Shown here in pieces: positions 47,720 to 57,802 of a DNA stretch of 64,000 nt; the first letter of the stretch is position 1; every line of letters begins with the position of its first letter. Location of the stretch: contig CAVRCI010000002.1 in NCBI GenBank assembly GCA_963719495.1, forward strand, positions 640,001 to 704,000. Direction: 5' to 3'. A program made the translations under genes and the position numbers. Source of the stretch: an uncultured Verrucomicrobiae bacterium. Its GTDB lineage: Bacteria > Verrucomicrobiota > Verrucomicrobiia > Chthoniobacterales > JAATET01. A model generated the notes under the pieces. The model was not told where the DNA came from. It did no database searches and worked only from the letters and a program-made list of their open reading frames with translations.

Positions 47720-50713
47720 ATGAAACAAACGTTCCCCCGATTTCCCTTCCTCCCTCGTCTTATTCTCCTCCCGTTGATCTTCGGATTGGCGAATGTCTCT
47801 TCAGCGGTCGCGCAACAACTGGTTGGCCAGGACGTCGGGCAAACCGCCGTCGCGGGGAGCTACACCACGGGCTCCGGGTTCCACACCGTGATCGGCGGCG
47901 GCAAGGACATCTGGAATCGGACGGACGCGTTTCACTTCGCGGCGAGGCAACTCACCGGCGACGCGGACCTGATTTGTCGAGTCGTCAGTCAGGAGGACAC
48001 GGCGGACTGGGCGAAGGCGGGCATCATGATTCGCGAGACGCTGGCGGCAAACTCGCGTCACGCGATGGTGGTCGCCACACCGGTCGGCCGGGTGGCCTTC
48101 CAACGACGGTCGTCGACCAATGGCACGACCGCGAACAATTCCGTGGCGGGGCAGGTGCCCGTCTGGTTGCGGCTGGTCCGCACCGGCAACCTGTTCGTCG
48201 CTTACTCCTCGCCGGACGGTGTGGCCTGGTCGCAGATCTCGCAGGCACAAATCACCATGACGTCAGAGGTCTGGGTGGGTTTGGCGGTGACGTCGCACGA
48301 TAACTCGCAATCGAGTGAGGCGGTCTTCGACGAGGTCAACTTCGCCGCCCAGAACGTTTCGACTGCCGGCACGCCGGGATTCTTTCCATCGAAGATCGGG
48401 TCAATCATCGGGTTTAATTTCCAGCCCGCCACGGGACCATCGGAAGCGCCTTATCTGGCGGACAGCGGAGCGACGGTGGCCGACCGGGGGAACGGATGGA
48501 ACTACGGCTGGAATTCGGACCTGAGCGCTCGCGCCGAGGTGACGAACTTCACGAGTTCCGCGCTTTCCAACACGCACATCGGCCTGCCGCCCGGGGCGGA
48601 GTGGTCGCTGGAGGAGGTGCCGGCGGGACGTTATCGCGTGACGGTCGCGGTCGGCGGACCAAACCGCCAGACGCTCAACACGATCAACGCCGAGGGCGAG
48701 ACGGTGCACGCGGCGAAGTTCCTGGGATCGAAGAAGACCGCCCTGGCCTCCGCGGTCGTGATGGTCGTGGACGGAAAGCTGACCCTCGACAACGGATCGT
48801 CGGCGAACAACGAGACGAGTGTCGCCTTCCTCGAGATCGATCCCGAGCCGACGTCGTCGTTCGAGATCGAGGACGCCACTTCGGATGTGACCGAGGAAAT
48901 TGGCGCATGGTCGGTGGTCTCCACCGGACCCGGAGCGACGCGCCGGGAAGCCAGCGGTGGCTCCGGGAGTGCTTACACATTTCGTCCGTTTCTTGACGGT
49001 GGCTTTTACGAAGTCGCTCTCCGGTGGCCGGGAGGGACGGCGTTCGCCTCGTTGGTGCCCGTGGAAATCACCGGAGCGGACGGCTCCCAGACCACCTCCG
49101 TGGATCAGACCATCGACGGCTCCGGCTGGGTGTCGGTCGGCGTCCATCGCTTCGAGCCCGGGGCCCTCGGCTCCGTAACGATCAGGACGGACGGAGCCGT
49201 CGGGACGGTCGCCGCGGACGCGGTGAAGTTCCGCCGCACGGTGAATCCGGATGACGCGCCCGTGCTGGCCGCCGGCCTCGCCTCCTGGCGCAAGCCCGAC
49301 ATCAACGGCATCACCTGCGCGCAGTGCCACGGCCCGGCTGGTTACGACATCGCGGTCTTCAATTTCGACCAGGCCGATCTCCGCCGAGCCGCCGAACCGC
49401 ACCTGCCGGTCGCCGACGCGGACGCCATCTTCGCGATGCTGGAAATGTGGCGCGCGCAGTACCCACCCGAGGGTGGCCCGCACGACATCGAGACGTTCCG
49501 GCCCTTCCAGCCAGCGGGCGTGCTGCTCGGCGAACAATACGCGGATTCGCTGCAGCGCGACGCGGTCTTTGCCGATTCCCTCGAGGACGGTGGCTTCCTC
49601 CTGTTCCAGGGAGAAATCACCACGCTGGCGCAGGCCCGTCCGGCGGTGGATCAAATGGAGGCGCTCGACGTGAACTCGATTGCGCTCGGCGTGCCGATGA
49701 ACCTGTGGTCGCACTCCGTCAGCCGCAGCGGCGCCGAGGAGGGCGGTCGCATCGACGAATGGGTCGCCAGCATCGGTCAACAGGCGACCGCCGCGGGCGC
49801 CGCCGAGTGGGACGAAGCCCAGGACGCCTACCTCGCCAACCCGACGGACGAGAATTTCTGGGACCTCTACCACCGCGTCGCGCCCCTGCTGGTTCCCGAC
49901 CCGCATAACGCCCGCGCGTCGACCACCCAGCATTGGCGGGAAATGGAGAGCCGTAAATTCTCGTCGAACCTTCTCTTCCAGCACGACCAAATCCAGCGTG
50001 CTCTCGGACGGACGGATTTCTTCACCTCGCAGATCGGTAATGACGGACCGTTTCCGAACGAACGTGGACTCGGCAGCGAGGACCAACCAATCTGGGACGT
50101 CGGCGAGAGCGCCCGCAGCGCCGAGCGGACGTCCTACGACCAATTCCCGCTTCGCCACGACGAAACCTTCGCGAAGGATCCCTCGTTCACCGTGACGAAG
50201 AACCTGATCGCGGCACGCGATTCGCTCCGTCCAGCCTGGCATCTCCTGGGCTGGGTGATGGACCCGGCGCTGCTGCACTCCGGGCCGAGCAACGCGACCC
50301 TCACCGGTGAATACGTCATCGAAAAGCTCTGGCACCACGAATACCGCGTGCACCAGGTATTCATGAACGCCGTGCATCGCGCGAAGCGATCGCTCACGCT
50401 CCCTTATTCGGCGCGGAAGGGGTATTACCTCGGCTACTACAAATACCTCTTCAAACGGATGGGAGACGACGCCCAGGGATTCCCGGGTTCCGCCGCTCAA
50501 TACAAGCGATTCCTCGCGAACGACCTTCGCGCCGCCTACCTCGTCCACACCGACGACATCGTGTCCGGCGAGATCATTCCCTCGCAATTCCTGCAGCAGC
50601 ACGTGGACGCCGCCGAAGGCACCCGGGACGTCCTCGAGTGGGCCGACCCGGCAAACGCCCTGATTAATAACCAGATCATCGACGACTTCGTGGCCGCGGC
50701 GACAGCGCCTTGA
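47720..50713 (+). CDS. Secreted multidomain protein: beta-sandwich/carbohydrate-binding-like modules plus a c-type heme (CxxCH) domain
   Basis: Signal peptide; WAKAGIMIRETL...WLRLVRTG (DUF1349-like); golvesin-like ADAVKF; CAQCH at 49316-49330. Confidence 0.75.
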   Translation: MKQTFPRFPFLPRLILLPLIFGLANVSSAVAQQLVGQDVGQTAVAGSYTTGSGFHTVIGGGKDIWNRTDAFHFAARQLTGDADLICRVVSQEDTADWAKAGIMIRETLAANSRHAMVVATPVGRVAFQRRSSTNGTTANNSVAGQVPVWLRLVRTGNLFVAYSSPDGVAWSQISQAQITMTSEVWVGLAVTSHDNSQSSEAVFDEVNFAAQNVSTAGTPGFFPSKIGSIIGFNFQPATGPSEAPYLADSGATVADRGNGWNYGWNSDLSARAEVTNFTSSALSNTHIGLPPGAEWSLEEVPAGRYRVTVAVGGPNRQTLNTINAEGETVHAAKFLGSKKTALASAVVMVVDGKLTLDNGSSANNETSVAFLEIDPEPTSSFEIEDATSDVTEEIGAWSVVSTGPGATRREASGGSGSAYTFRPFLDGGFYEVALRWPGGTAFASLVPVEITGADGSQTTSVDQTIDGSGWVSVGVHRFEPGALGSVTIRTDGAVGTVAADAVKFRRTVNPDDAPVLAAGLASWRKPDINGITCAQCHGPAGYDIAVFNFDQADLRRAAEPHLPVADADAIFAMLEMWRAQYPPEGGPHDIETFRPFQPAGVLLGEQYADSLQRDAVFADSLEDGGFLLFQGEITTLAQARPAVDQMEALDVNSIALGVPMNLWSHSVSRSGAEEGGRIDEWVASIGQQATAAGAAEWDEAQDAYLANPTDENFWDLYHRVAPLLVPDPHNARASTTQHWREMESRKFSSNLLFQHDQIQRALGRTDFFTSQIGNDGPFPNERGLGSEDQPIWDVGESARSAERTSYDQFPLRHDETFAKDPSFTVTKNLIAARDSLRPAWHLLGWVMDPALLHSGPSNATLTGEYVIEKLWHHEYRVHQVFMNAVHRAKRSLTLPYSARKGYYLGYYKYLFKRMGDDAQGFPGSAAQYKRFLANDLRAAYLVHTDDIVSGEIIPSQFLQQHVDAAEGTRDVLEWADPANALINNQIIDDFVAAATAP

Positions 50714-50740
50714 CCAATCCGTTCGGCGGCGGTCGGAAAC

Positions 50741-50771
50741 GCGCCCGGGCAGTCCGTGCCCGAGCGCTTTT
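50741..50771 (+). terminator. Putative intrinsic terminator
   Basis: GCGCcCGGGCA-gtccg-TGCCCGaGCGC stem followed by TTTT, 28 bp after the stop at 50713. Confidence 0.5.
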
Positions 50772-50920
50772 CCCGGTCCGCTCGTTCAGGCGCCCTTTCG
50801 GCCCGAAGGTGGCGGCAGTCGGCGGGGAGACGAAAGCATTGGGACGGTGATTCTACTCGTAAAATGACGTCCCGTTTCGTGGATCCTTGCGGCTTTTCGA
50901 ATCGAAGTTAGTCCTGCGCA

Positions 50921-52168
50921 GTGCAATCACCTCTACCGGCGTCGGACCCTCGAAAAGGCGGTCCCTTTCTCGATGTCAGAATGCCCGATCACCCGGCGCG
51001 GCGTCCGGAGGTGATCGCCGCGGCGGTGCGCGTGCTGGAGACCGGGGACTGGACACGGCTCGAGGGGGCACCGGAAACGGAGGCGGCGCTGCGGGAGTAT
51101 CACGGCGGGGGTGAGGCGTGGTTCGTGGCTTCGGGGACGGCGGCGCTGGAAGCGATCCTGCTCGGTCACGGGATCGGGCCGGGGGACGAAGTGGTGACGA
51201 CGCCCTACACGTGGGGCGCGACGGTCTCCAGCATACTGGCCATCGGCGCGGTGCCGGTCTTTGCCGACATCGACCGGACGACCGGGCTGATCGACGTCGC
51301 GAGCGTGGCTGGCGTCATCACGTCGCGGACCCGGGCGATCCTGGCGGTCCATCTGTTTGGGCATCCGTGCGACGCGGTGGCGCTGCGGAAGCTGGCGGAC
51401 GAGCGGGGAATCTCGTTTTTCGAGGATGGCAGCCAGGCGCACGGGGCGCGGTTGCACGGGGACCGTATGGGGCGCTTCGGGCACGCGTCGGCGTTCAGTT
51501 GCATGGCCATGAAGCTGCTCGGCGGGACGGAGGGTGGCTACGCGCTCTTCGAGGATCGCGCGGCGGCGGAGCGGGCATATCTGCACGGCAAACATCCCCG
51601 CGGTCTCGATGCGGAGGCGCGGGAAAGGCTGGAAGCGCGGGGGCTACTGGATTCGCTGCAACTCGGCTGGCGGCCGAGTGCGGTGAGCGCGGCGCTGGTC
51701 GGGGCGGCGCTCCCGTTTCTCGACGGGGAGATCACGGCACGGCGGGCGAACGCCGCGCGGCTCCGCGCGAACCTGGCGGACGAAGCCGCGATCTCCATGC
51801 CGCCCGAACTGCCGGGCGCGGCGGGCTGCTATCATCTGCTCTCGCTCTTGTACAACGCCGACGTGTCGGGCGTGAGTCGGGAGGAATACGTTCGGAGGAT
51901 CAACGCGCGCGGGGCGGGGGCGTTCATCTACATTCCGACGCCGATCCATCGATTGCACCGACTGAACCCCGTAGGCTACGAGGGGCCCCGCGTCTTCTGG
52001 CACGATCAACTCGAGCGCGCGGGAGTCGATTACCGCGAGACCCAATGCCCGAACGCGGAATGGCGGAGCGCAAATGCTATCGAGTTTGGGTTCAATTGGA
52101 CCGTCGAAAATCCCGCCGCGATGGACCAACTCGCCGACGTGCTGAAGTGGTGCCTGCTTCGGGACTGA
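50921..52168 (+). CDS. DegT/DnrJ/EryC1/StrS family PLP-dependent aminotransferase
   Basis: SGTAALE, GPGDEVVT, VHLFG, EDGSQAHGA, FSCMAMKLLGGTEGG (PLP Lys). The start is uncertain. Confidence 0.9.
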   Translation: MQSPLPASDPRKGGPFLDVRMPDHPARRPEVIAAAVRVLETGDWTRLEGAPETEAALREYHGGGEAWFVASGTAALEAILLGHGIGPGDEVVTTPYTWGATVSSILAIGAVPVFADIDRTTGLIDVASVAGVITSRTRAILAVHLFGHPCDAVALRKLADERGISFFEDGSQAHGARLHGDRMGRFGHASAFSCMAMKLLGGTEGGYALFEDRAAAERAYLHGKHPRGLDAEARERLEARGLLDSLQLGWRPSAVSAALVGAALPFLDGEITARRANAARLRANLADEAAISMPPELPGAAGCYHLLSLLYNADVSGVSREEYVRRINARGAGAFIYIPTPIHRLHRLNPVGYEGPRVFWHDQLERAGVDYRETQCPNAEWRSANAIEFGFNWTVENPAAMDQLADVLKWCLLRD

Positions 52169-52215
52169 CGTCGTCGCGGTCGTGATCGCCGGTTGGGTTT
52201 CGACGCTTCGCTCGA

Positions 52216-55200
52216 TCAGTCCCGACTGACTTCGAGGCGGAAGAAGAGTCGATCGCCGGGAGCTGGGGTCGGCACGGTGACTTGCAGGACGTCCGCGTCG
52301 GTGTCGCCGGCACTGAGGATCGGCGTCGGGGTGGTCGTGATCTCGCTCCAGCTCCCGGGAGCGAGGGCTGTCGACATCCAGACCTTGCGGGTCACCCCGA
52401 AGTTGCCTTTGCGCCAACGGAATTCGAACGTCGAGTTGGCCCCATCCACTCGGGCGGCGAAGGGTGTGATCAGACCGCGCGATCCGAGCGGATCGGTGGC
52501 CTGAGCGAACTCGAGCAGGTTCACCCGGCCATTTGAGTTCGCGTCGAAGGAGTCCGCCGCGACGCCGGAGTTTTCCGTGGTGCCGAATTGGTCGAGCCGC
52601 CACTGGTCGATCCGCGACGGACTCGTCGACCCCAGCACGCTCACGCTGTCGATGGCCATGTCGCCGGCAAAATTCGGGCCGGTCACCCCGCGGAAACGCA
52701 CTTTGGCTGGACCACCGAGGTAGGCGTCGAGCGGGACGGAGTGCTTCCGCCACGCGGCCGTCTGGCTCGCCTGCTGTTGTCCCACGATGGTGTCGACGGA
52801 GTTGTGCCAGGTCCCGTCGGCGAAGACGTCGACGTGCAGCGTGCCGGTGTCGGAACCGAACAGGTGGTAGTAGAACTCGAGGCTGGCTGCGGACAGACCG
52901 GCGAGATCGAAGGTGGGCGAGATCAGGTCCGCGCGCTTGCTCGAGAAATTCGGGTCGGAGGCTTCCGTGTAGAGATACGTGCCGGTGGCGGAGCCTTCGG
53001 AATGGTCGACGGTCGGCCCGGTCCCGCTCGACGGCGTGTCGCCCGCGTTGACGGTCCAATCGAAATCGGTGCCCGTCCCGTTCGACCATCCGTTCCCGTC
53101 GCCCACCGCCGGGAAATTCTCGAAGTCTTCGCTCAGCAGGATTTCGTCGTCGAGGATCTCGAAGGTGATCGTCGAAGGCGTGCCCAGGTCGTATTCGAGC
53201 GCGTCCGGGTTGATCGTGACGATGATCGTCTCGGCTCCTTCGCCGAGCGTGTCGTCGACCGCCCGCACGGTGAGCCGCGCGCTGGTCGCGCCCGCGGGGA
53301 TCGTGACGACGGCTGCGCCGCTCGCGGTGTCGAACGAATCGGCCCCGGTGACGTTGTAATCGGCGCCGGCGGTCGCCTCCCCGGTGAAGGCGAGAGCGAA
53401 GGTCTCCGGCGAGTCGAGCCCGGTGATCCCAGAGCGGGTGACCGTGACGGTCGCGGCGGTGGCGCCAGCCTCGGCGGCCGTTCCGGAACTGGCGAGCGCG
53501 AGGGTCGGCTTGTCGTTGTCGGTGATCCGCACGGAGATCGGTGGCGGCGTCACACCGGAGAAATTCGATGCCGTCGAACTCACGAGCGCAAATCCGACGT
53601 CCTGAAGGTGATCGCCCTCCTTCGAGTCGTCGTCGACCGCCGAGACGCTCACGGATCGCGGCACGTCGTAATTGCTGGCGTCGAAGGTGACGAAGTCCGG
53701 CGAGAAGGCGAGTTGGCCACCGCCGTCGAGCGTGACGGTGACGGTCGCGCCGTTGGTCGGTTGCACGGTGAGGTTCACTTCGAGCGAGTCGGTCGGGCCG
53801 CCTTCGACTACCCGCGTCGCGGCGTCGGTCTCGGCCACGAACAGGCGCGCGATGGTCGGCGGGGCCTCGACGATTTGGATGCCGGCGATGCCGACGTAGT
53901 TGAGGGCACCGCTGTCCGTGTGAAGCCCCCGGACCGTGATCCCCGGCGCGTAGATCCCGCGGAACACCACGTAGTTTCCGAGCAGTCTCTGGATTTGCGC
54001 CTCGTCGCTGGTGTAGTTGCCGAGCGTCGTCGCCGTGGACTCGCGGAAGCCGGTGAACTCGCCGTAGTTGGAATAATCGACGGCCGTGGAGCCCGAGGTG
54101 ACAGTGCGGGCGTTCATTCCAAAGCGCGGCGACGGAGTGGGTCCGAGCGTCGGGGTGAGCGTGATCTGGTGCGGACGCGTGCTGGAATTCGCGTTTTCGA
54201 GGCCTTCGAAATACACGAACACGTCGTATTCTGAGTAGGGGATGTCGGTCACGGTAATCGACGGCCCGGCCTGGTCGGCCCGACCGTCGAGCACGCCGCG
54301 CATCAGGCGTCCGGCGGGCGTGCTGATGTCGGCGGTGCTCGTGCCCCTGGCGAATTGATCGCTCGCGGCGGTGTACCACGTCACGTCCGCCGCGGTCGCG
54401 GCCCCGTCACTGTTCACGAGGTCGAGCACCGTGCCGTTGAGTCCCCTTCTCTCGTTGCTGTCGAGGTTGTTCCAATTGGCCGCCGGATACACCGCACCGA
54501 CCAGTGCGGTGGGCGGGATCGTCGCGTCGGCGGTGGCCGCCTTGCCGAAGAAGTTGAGTCCAAGACCGCGTCGGACAGCCGACGGAACGACACTCACGTT
54601 GACGGCGATGGATTGCGTCCGCTGGCCGACGGCGTCGTAGGCGACGGCCGTGAGCGCGTGGCCGCCGATGGGCGCGGTCGTCCAGTTGAACGTGTGCGGG
54701 GCCGTCGTGGATTGGCCGAGGTAGAGGCTCCCCGCGAAGAACGATACTTTCGTGACGCCGTCCGCGTCGCTCGCCGATGCCGAGATGGAGATCGGACTGC
54801 CGAGTGGGAATTCCGCGGCGGGTGTCGGGGCGGTGACGGTGACGACCGGCGCGGAGTTGCCCGAGTAGTCACGTTGCTTCAGCGCACTGGCGGGCACGGC
54901 GGTGCGGACGTTGCCAATGGCGTTGGCGCGCCAATCGAGGGCAAGCTCCTCGCTACCGGCGAGATGGAAAAACCCGATGGCGATGGGGTGCAGCCCCGCC
55001 TTCAGAGCGATGGAAGCCGAGGCTTCGTCGGCACTGCTTCTGACCCCGTCGCTGTTGATGAGAAGCTGACCGGCCACCGTCAGCGCGGCCCCGTCTTCGT
55101 TGCGGAGGTAGAACGTATAAACGTCGTCGCTCGGCACGGAAATAAACCCGCGGTAGGAGAAGGCGAAGTCGTCGTTGCGGAGGCGCGGGGCGATGGAAAC

Positions 55201-57603
55201 CGTGGAAACCGTGCCGCTCGCAACCGGGAGGAGTTGCTCGAAATTCGGAAGGTTGGAGAAAGACTGCTCGTAGTAATCGTATCGCAGGCCACCGATCGTC
55301 GCGCCGGGAATGACGGGGTCGTAAACCGGCTGGTTGCCGACGTTGATGAACTGACTGGCCGAGGCGGTCCCGCCCTTGCCGTCACTCACGGTGACAACCG
55401 CCTCCTGGAAGCCCGCCGAGGAGAAGGCGTGCGTGAGGACGGCGGCGTTGTTGAAGCCGTAGCTGCCGTCGCCGAAGGTGAACGAATAGGCCAGCGGATC
55501 ACCGTTGGGGTCGGAGGCGGTGGTGGTGAAAGTGATCGCTTCGCCGGGCGCGGCGGTGGTCTTCGACGCGGCGAGACCCACGGTCGGGGGCTGGTTGCCG
55601 GCGAAGTTTCCGACGTTCACGACGACGTCCATGTATTCGTGGGTCACGCCGCCGTCGACGAGGCTGCCACGGGAGATCGGAGTGACGTGGACGGCACCGA
55701 GGAGGCTGGTGCCATTGAGGTCGGCGGGCTCGCTGTAGGTGCGACCGACGAGGAGAGCGCCGTCGTCGCGATCGCTGGTCCCGAGCTTCGAGCCGGGCGT
55801 CGTGTCGAGAAAGTGGCTGCCGTCGTTGTTCCCGCCATTCGCCGAGACTTGGTCGGAATGCAGTTCCAACGCGTTTCGGTTCCAGTCCGAGCGCCCGGAA
55901 CCGCCGTTGGTTCCCCCGTCGTGGCGCAGGCTGAACATCAGATATTTCGACACCGACGACGTGCCGGTGATGGGAATCTTGAGCGCGCGGGCGCGGGTCG
56001 CGGGTTTGTCGGCCTCCCCCTCGGTGAGATCGAAGACGCGATAAGTACCGCTGGTCGTCACCTCAGTGATGTCACCATCCGGAGTGTAGAGGAATCCAAA
56101 GCGCTCCTTAAACAAGGGGTTGAACGAGCCGCTGCCGCCCATGATGCAGGCTCCGTCGCCGTATTCCGTGTGGCTGCCCGAGCTGTTACGCGGGATCGAG
56201 TTGTCGCCAACCCAGAAATTGGCGTGACTGACGCCCCAATTGTGACCCCACTCGTGGCGGGCGGTCCCACTCCCGAGATTGGTCCCCGACCACGAGAAAT
56301 TGCCGCCGACGTAAGCCAGCCCGGTCGAATCGATCAGCTTGGACTTGGCGACCACCACCCAGCGGTCGAAGCGGTCGGGGTCCTTCGGACCGTTGTTCGT
56401 CCAATCACCACCCTGCGCCTCCACCGCCGCCTTGGCGTCCGCCCGCAACGAGCCGAAGCTGTTTTTGTATTCCTGGACGGTCTTCGGGATCGGCAGTTCC
56501 ACCGTCACGACCAGCGTGTCCACCACCCCGAACGAGTCTTCCTTCGGGCCAAACCACGTCTGCTTGTAGCTCTCGTTGTAATACCACTGCGAACTGCTGT
56601 TGACACCGGCGATCGTCGAGGTGTGGGTCGGCACGGACGCCCCGTAGGCCTCTCCGTCGCTGGGGCGCACGACCATCAACATCACCGTCTTCGGGCCGAG
56701 CTGGTGGCTATTTCTCCCGGTGTATTGATTGTAGGCCGCGGTCGGCGGACTGGCACCGGTCGGTGGCGTCCCGGGGTCGAACACAAGGCCCCGCGCGGTG
56801 ATCCCGTCGGCATCCGCGTCGGGTGCCGCAGTTTGCTCGGCGATCCACGCCGCGCGTTGCTGCTCGGATTCGAAGACGGCGATGTCACCATTATGAATCA
56901 CGGCCAGTTCACCGGGTCCGGCTGTTTCGGTGGTGCCAGGCGGAAGAAAGCCCCGCGTCACCGGCACGGCGGCGTCTTCGTGGAGCGCGAGATGTCCGTC
57001 GAGCGCGACGCCGAAGATCGAGGCATTCTCGGTCGTGAGTTGGGCCAGGCGGCTCCCGTAGGTGTGGGCGGTGAAGAACCGACCGTCGATGCCGACCTCG
57101 CGCTTGACGTGCGATCGGTGGTCGACCGAGGGATCCTCGCTTTCCGACGCGCCATGCAGGTGGCAAATACTCAGGACTCCGAAGAATCCTTCGCCCGTCA
57201 CGATCTCCTCGAGCTGGGCGACAACTTCGGTCGGGAGTGCGGCGCGGGTCGCGGGAGAGACCATCGCCGCGAGTGCCTGCTCGGGATCGGTCTGGATGAG
57301 TCGGGCCATGGCCTCGCGGCGCGCGACGGCGAGTGCCACGCCGCGCTGCACGAGATTGGCGCGTTCGTCGCGGGGAGCCGCGAGGTAGGTTTGCGTCCAA
57401 TCCCGAAAAGGATCGGATGTCGCCGCCCGCCCTGGCGTCGCGCTCACGTTGGCCGCCGACTGCGCGGGAGCTTCGATTCGCTCCGCTCGCTCCGTCGGAT
57501 TCGCCGGTTTGCTCTCGTCGGGGCGATCCATCGCCATTCGCCCGGCAACGAGCAGGAACACGAGTAGAATCAAAGCCGAAGTGAGCAGGAGAAAACGCTT
57601 CAT
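52216..57603 (-). CDS. Large secreted zinc metallopeptidase (metzincin) with PKD, PA14, Ig-like, Calx-beta-like and MAM domains
   Basis: HEWGHNWGVSH zinc motif and Met-turn CIMG; YSFTFGDG (PKD); FSYRGFISVP..YTF (PA14); TGPTVDHS..YLYTEAS..FYYHLFG..GDMAIDSV (MAM). Confidence 0.85.
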   Translation of the reverse strand: MKRFLLLTSALILLVFLLVAGRMAMDRPDESKPANPTERAERIEAPAQSAANVSATPGRAATSDPFRDWTQTYLAAPRDERANLVQRGVALAVARREAMARLIQTDPEQALAAMVSPATRAALPTEVVAQLEEIVTGEGFFGVLSICHLHGASESEDPSVDHRSHVKREVGIDGRFFTAHTYGSRLAQLTTENASIFGVALDGHLALHEDAAVPVTRGFLPPGTTETAGPGELAVIHNGDIAVFESEQQRAAWIAEQTAAPDADADGITARGLVFDPGTPPTGASPPTAAYNQYTGRNSHQLGPKTVMLMVVRPSDGEAYGASVPTHTSTIAGVNSSSQWYYNESYKQTWFGPKEDSFGVVDTLVVTVELPIPKTVQEYKNSFGSLRADAKAAVEAQGGDWTNNGPKDPDRFDRWVVVAKSKLIDSTGLAYVGGNFSWSGTNLGSGTARHEWGHNWGVSHANFWVGDNSIPRNSSGSHTEYGDGACIMGGSGSFNPLFKERFGFLYTPDGDITEVTTSGTYRVFDLTEGEADKPATRARALKIPITGTSSVSKYLMFSLRHDGGTNGGSGRSDWNRNALELHSDQVSANGGNNDGSHFLDTTPGSKLGTSDRDDGALLVGRTYSEPADLNGTSLLGAVHVTPISRGSLVDGGVTHEYMDVVVNVGNFAGNQPPTVGLAASKTTAAPGEAITFTTTASDPNGDPLAYSFTFGDGSYGFNNAAVLTHAFSSAGFQEAVVTVSDGKGGTASASQFINVGNQPVYDPVIPGATIGGLRYDYYEQSFSNLPNFEQLLPVASGTVSTVSIAPRLRNDDFAFSYRGFISVPSDDVYTFYLRNEDGAALTVAGQLLINSDGVRSSADEASASIALKAGLHPIAIGFFHLAGSEELALDWRANAIGNVRTAVPASALKQRDYSGNSAPVVTVTAPTPAAEFPLGSPISISASASDADGVTKVSFFAGSLYLGQSTTAPHTFNWTTAPIGGHALTAVAYDAVGQRTQSIAVNVSVVPSAVRRGLGLNFFGKAATADATIPPTALVGAVYPAANWNNLDSNERRGLNGTVLDLVNSDGAATAADVTWYTAASDQFARGTSTADISTPAGRLMRGVLDGRADQAGPSITVTDIPYSEYDVFVYFEGLENANSSTRPHQITLTPTLGPTPSPRFGMNARTVTSGSTAVDYSNYGEFTGFRESTATTLGNYTSDEAQIQRLLGNYVVFRGIYAPGITVRGLHTDSGALNYVGIAGIQIVEAPPTIARLFVAETDAATRVVEGGPTDSLEVNLTVQPTNGATVTVTLDGGGQLAFSPDFVTFDASNYDVPRSVSVSAVDDDSKEGDHLQDVGFALVSSTASNFSGVTPPPISVRITDNDKPTLALASSGTAAEAGATAATVTVTRSGITGLDSPETFALAFTGEATAGADYNVTGADSFDTASGAAVVTIPAGATSARLTVRAVDDTLGEGAETIIVTINPDALEYDLGTPSTITFEILDDEILLSEDFENFPAVGDGNGWSNGTGTDFDWTVNAGDTPSSGTGPTVDHSEGSATGTYLYTEASDPNFSSKRADLISPTFDLAGLSAASLEFYYHLFGSDTGTLHVDVFADGTWHNSVDTIVGQQQASQTAAWRKHSVPLDAYLGGPAKVRFRGVTGPNFAGDMAIDSVSVLGSTSPSRIDQWRLDQFGTTENSGVAADSFDANSNGRVNLLEFAQATDPLGSRGLITPFAARVDGANSTFEFRWRKGNFGVTRKVWMSTALAPGSWSEITTTPTPILSAGDTDADVLQVTVPTPAPGDRLFFRLEVSRD

Positions 57604-57690
57604 GAATTGGGGAGGGGAGGCGGCGAAGAGGGCGGGGTGTGCCAACAGCCACGATTGCCCCGCAGTTTCACCATGTCAAAAGCGGGCGAC

Positions 57691-57756
57691 TTTTACCCGT
57701 AGAACTGTCAAGGCGCGGGGAAGTCCGTGCCCGGTCCACCGGATTCTACACGTACA
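57691..57756. promoter_or_regulatory. Two operator-like sites between divergent genes
   Basis: TTTTACCCGTAGA (57691-57703) and TTCTACACGTACA (57744-57756). Minus-strand TTGACA at 57711-57706 and 57679-57674. Confidence 0.5.
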
Positions 57757-57802
57757 ATTCCAAGCCGCTTGATCGCGACGCGGATTCCGCCATCGTCGCC
57801 CG

